A stretch of 64,000 nucleotides of DNA from Pseudomonadota bacterium (GTDB lineage: Bacteria; Bdellovibrionota_B; Oligoflexia; Oligoflexales; RGVZ01): positions 82,229 through 146,228 of the forward strand of contig JBEGVZ010000085.1 in the NCBI GenBank assembly GCA_041178085.1, written 5' to 3'. Numbering within the stretch: position 1 is the first letter of the stretch; every line of letters begins with the position of its first letter. Below the pieces are notes generated by a model. It saw only the letters and a list, made by a program, of their open reading frames with translations, was not told where the DNA came from and did not search any database. Positions 63,017-64,000 of this stretch are shown here, one piece after another. The translations under genes were made by a program, and so were the position numbers.

Positions 63017-64000
63017 ATGAATATTTCGAAACCATTCCGTTCAATCATTTTGTTTGTTGTTGCCTCATTGTCTGTGCTGATTGTCACAGTCGGATGCGGT
63101 GAGCGGGAACGCCAGGGCCAACAGACATCGTCTTTGCTTGGGCTGGTTGACGATGGCTCACCCAATAGAAGCGTCCCAGCTGCCCGCGATTTCCTGATCG
63201 GTGCCGCATCGGCCGACATAACTGGCCCGGCTGCAGGACTCGCAACGGGCGGATATGCGGCGCCGGCCCCCGAAACTGCCGGCATTCACCAGCGCCTGCG
63301 CGCGCGTGCCTTTGTCATCGCAGAGCGGGACAATCCGTCACGTCGCGTGGTGCTTGTGACGGCGGATCTTTGCTACATCACCGGCATCGTCAAGGCAGAG
63401 GTCATCCGTGAGCTGGAGAAGGTTTTTGGTAACCAGTATGGTCACGACAATGTCCTGATTACGGCTACCCATACCCACAGCGCCCCGGCTGGTTTCAGCC
63501 AGCACCTGATGTACAACGTTCCGAGTCTTGGCTTTTCGGAGGAGAACTTCCGCGTCATCACGACCGGTATCGTGCGTGCCATTGCGGATGCGCATTTGAC
63601 GATGGAGCCCGCCGCGCTCACGCTTGCTGAAGGACGACTGACTGGCGCCAGCCGGAACCGATCGTTGCCCGCATTTCTGCGCAACCCCCCGGAACTCCGG
63701 GCGGAACTTCCCAACGCCGTCGACGAAACCGTGATGATGTTCCGGATCGATACGGCCGACGGCCCGCGCGGCATTCTGCACTGGTTTGCCACCCACGGGA
63801 CGTCGATGACCAAGATCAACACCCTGATCAGCCCGGACAACAAAGGCTATGCGGCCTGGAAATTTGAGAAAATGATGCGGGAAGATGCCTATTCAACCGG
63901 CAATTTCGTCGCCTCTTTTGCCAACTCAAACGGTGGCGATGCCAGTCCCAACATCGCAGGTGACATTGATGGTGATGGGGACTGGGAATGTAGCACTGGC
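63017..64000 (+). CDS. neutral/alkaline ceramidase, lipoprotein (partial; continues beyond the window end)
   Basis: The frame is open from ATG 63017 to the edge (328 codons) and is not in the ORF track. My translation is MNISKPFRSIILFVVASLSVLIVTVGCGE... (lipobox). It contains ITGPAAG, ADLCYI, ATHTHSAP, GASRNRS, ATHGTSM and SPDNKGY, which are typical of the ceramidase N-domain. Confidence 0.82.
   Translation, partial: MNISKPFRSIILFVVASLSVLIVTVGCGERERQGQQTSSLLGLVDDGSPNRSVPAARDFLIGAASADITGPAAGLATGGYAAPAPETAGIHQRLRARAFVIAERDNPSRRVVLVTADLCYITGIVKAEVIRELEKVFGNQYGHDNVLITATHTHSAPAGFSQHLMYNVPSLGFSEENFRVITTGIVRAIADAHLTMEPAALTLAEGRLTGASRNRSLPAFLRNPPELRAELPNAVDETVMMFRIDTADGPRGILHWFATHGTSMTKINTLISPDNKGYAAWKFEKMMREDAYSTGNFVASFANSNGGDASPNIAGDIDGDGDWECSTG

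Noticed and set aside
1-64000. CRISPR arrays, rRNA operons, IS elements, prophage and toxin-antitoxin pairs
   Set aside because: I looked for regularly spaced repeats, conserved rRNA stretches, and transposase or integrase-like ORFs. I found none that I could support from the sequence.

Overview
This is 64 kb of chromosomal DNA from a diderm bacterium. GC looks mid to high 50s % by eye; I did not compute it. RNase Y, a sigma54 activator, FHA/PP2C signalling and many TPR lipoproteins suggest a Bdellovibrionota- or Myxococcota-like lineage, but that is inference only. I call about 62 protein genes and 3 tRNAs (Leu-UAG, Gln-UUG, Arg-CCG). I saw no rRNA, CRISPR array, transposase, integrase or obvious prophage. 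Most of the window is core housekeeping. It includes dnaK, rny, suhB-like, rpmI-rplT, clpB, prs, rplY-pth, rpsF-rplI-dnaB, grpE-lon, def-rpe-hutH, a rhomboid protease and UbiA/UbiX. It also includes ilvA, yhhQ, methylmalonyl-CoA mutase with MeaB, cardiolipin synthase and a cytochrome c/FTR1 iron permease. Two CDSs run off the window edges and are therefore missing from the ORF track: 1-977 on the minus strand and 63017-64000 on the plus strand. I found them by translating the sequence myself. Many ORF-track starts were trimmed to internal starts that have a ribosome-binding site and avoid overlaps; each case is noted in the feature evidence. Coordinates of non-CDS features were read by eye and calibrated on nearby start and stop codons, so expect +/-2 nt. 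The best lead for something undescribed is at 56.5-64 kb. There an exported neutral ceramidase is divergent from an operon of a fold-type III PLP enzyme, a gulonolactone/alditol-oxidase-like flavoenzyme and a TPR-assisted TRAP transporter. I read this as a candidate ceramide/sphingoid-base utilisation pathway. Secondary leads are a FecR-like anchor / outer-membrane barrel / periplasmic protein triad, which sits divergent from a HAMP-PP2C sensor translationally coupled to clpB. Others are a small protein with a HolD(psi)/UDG-like C-terminal motif, a six-gene block of unknown function, and a low-GC islet beside tRNA-Arg. All functional calls rest on motif recognition from memory. No database search was run.
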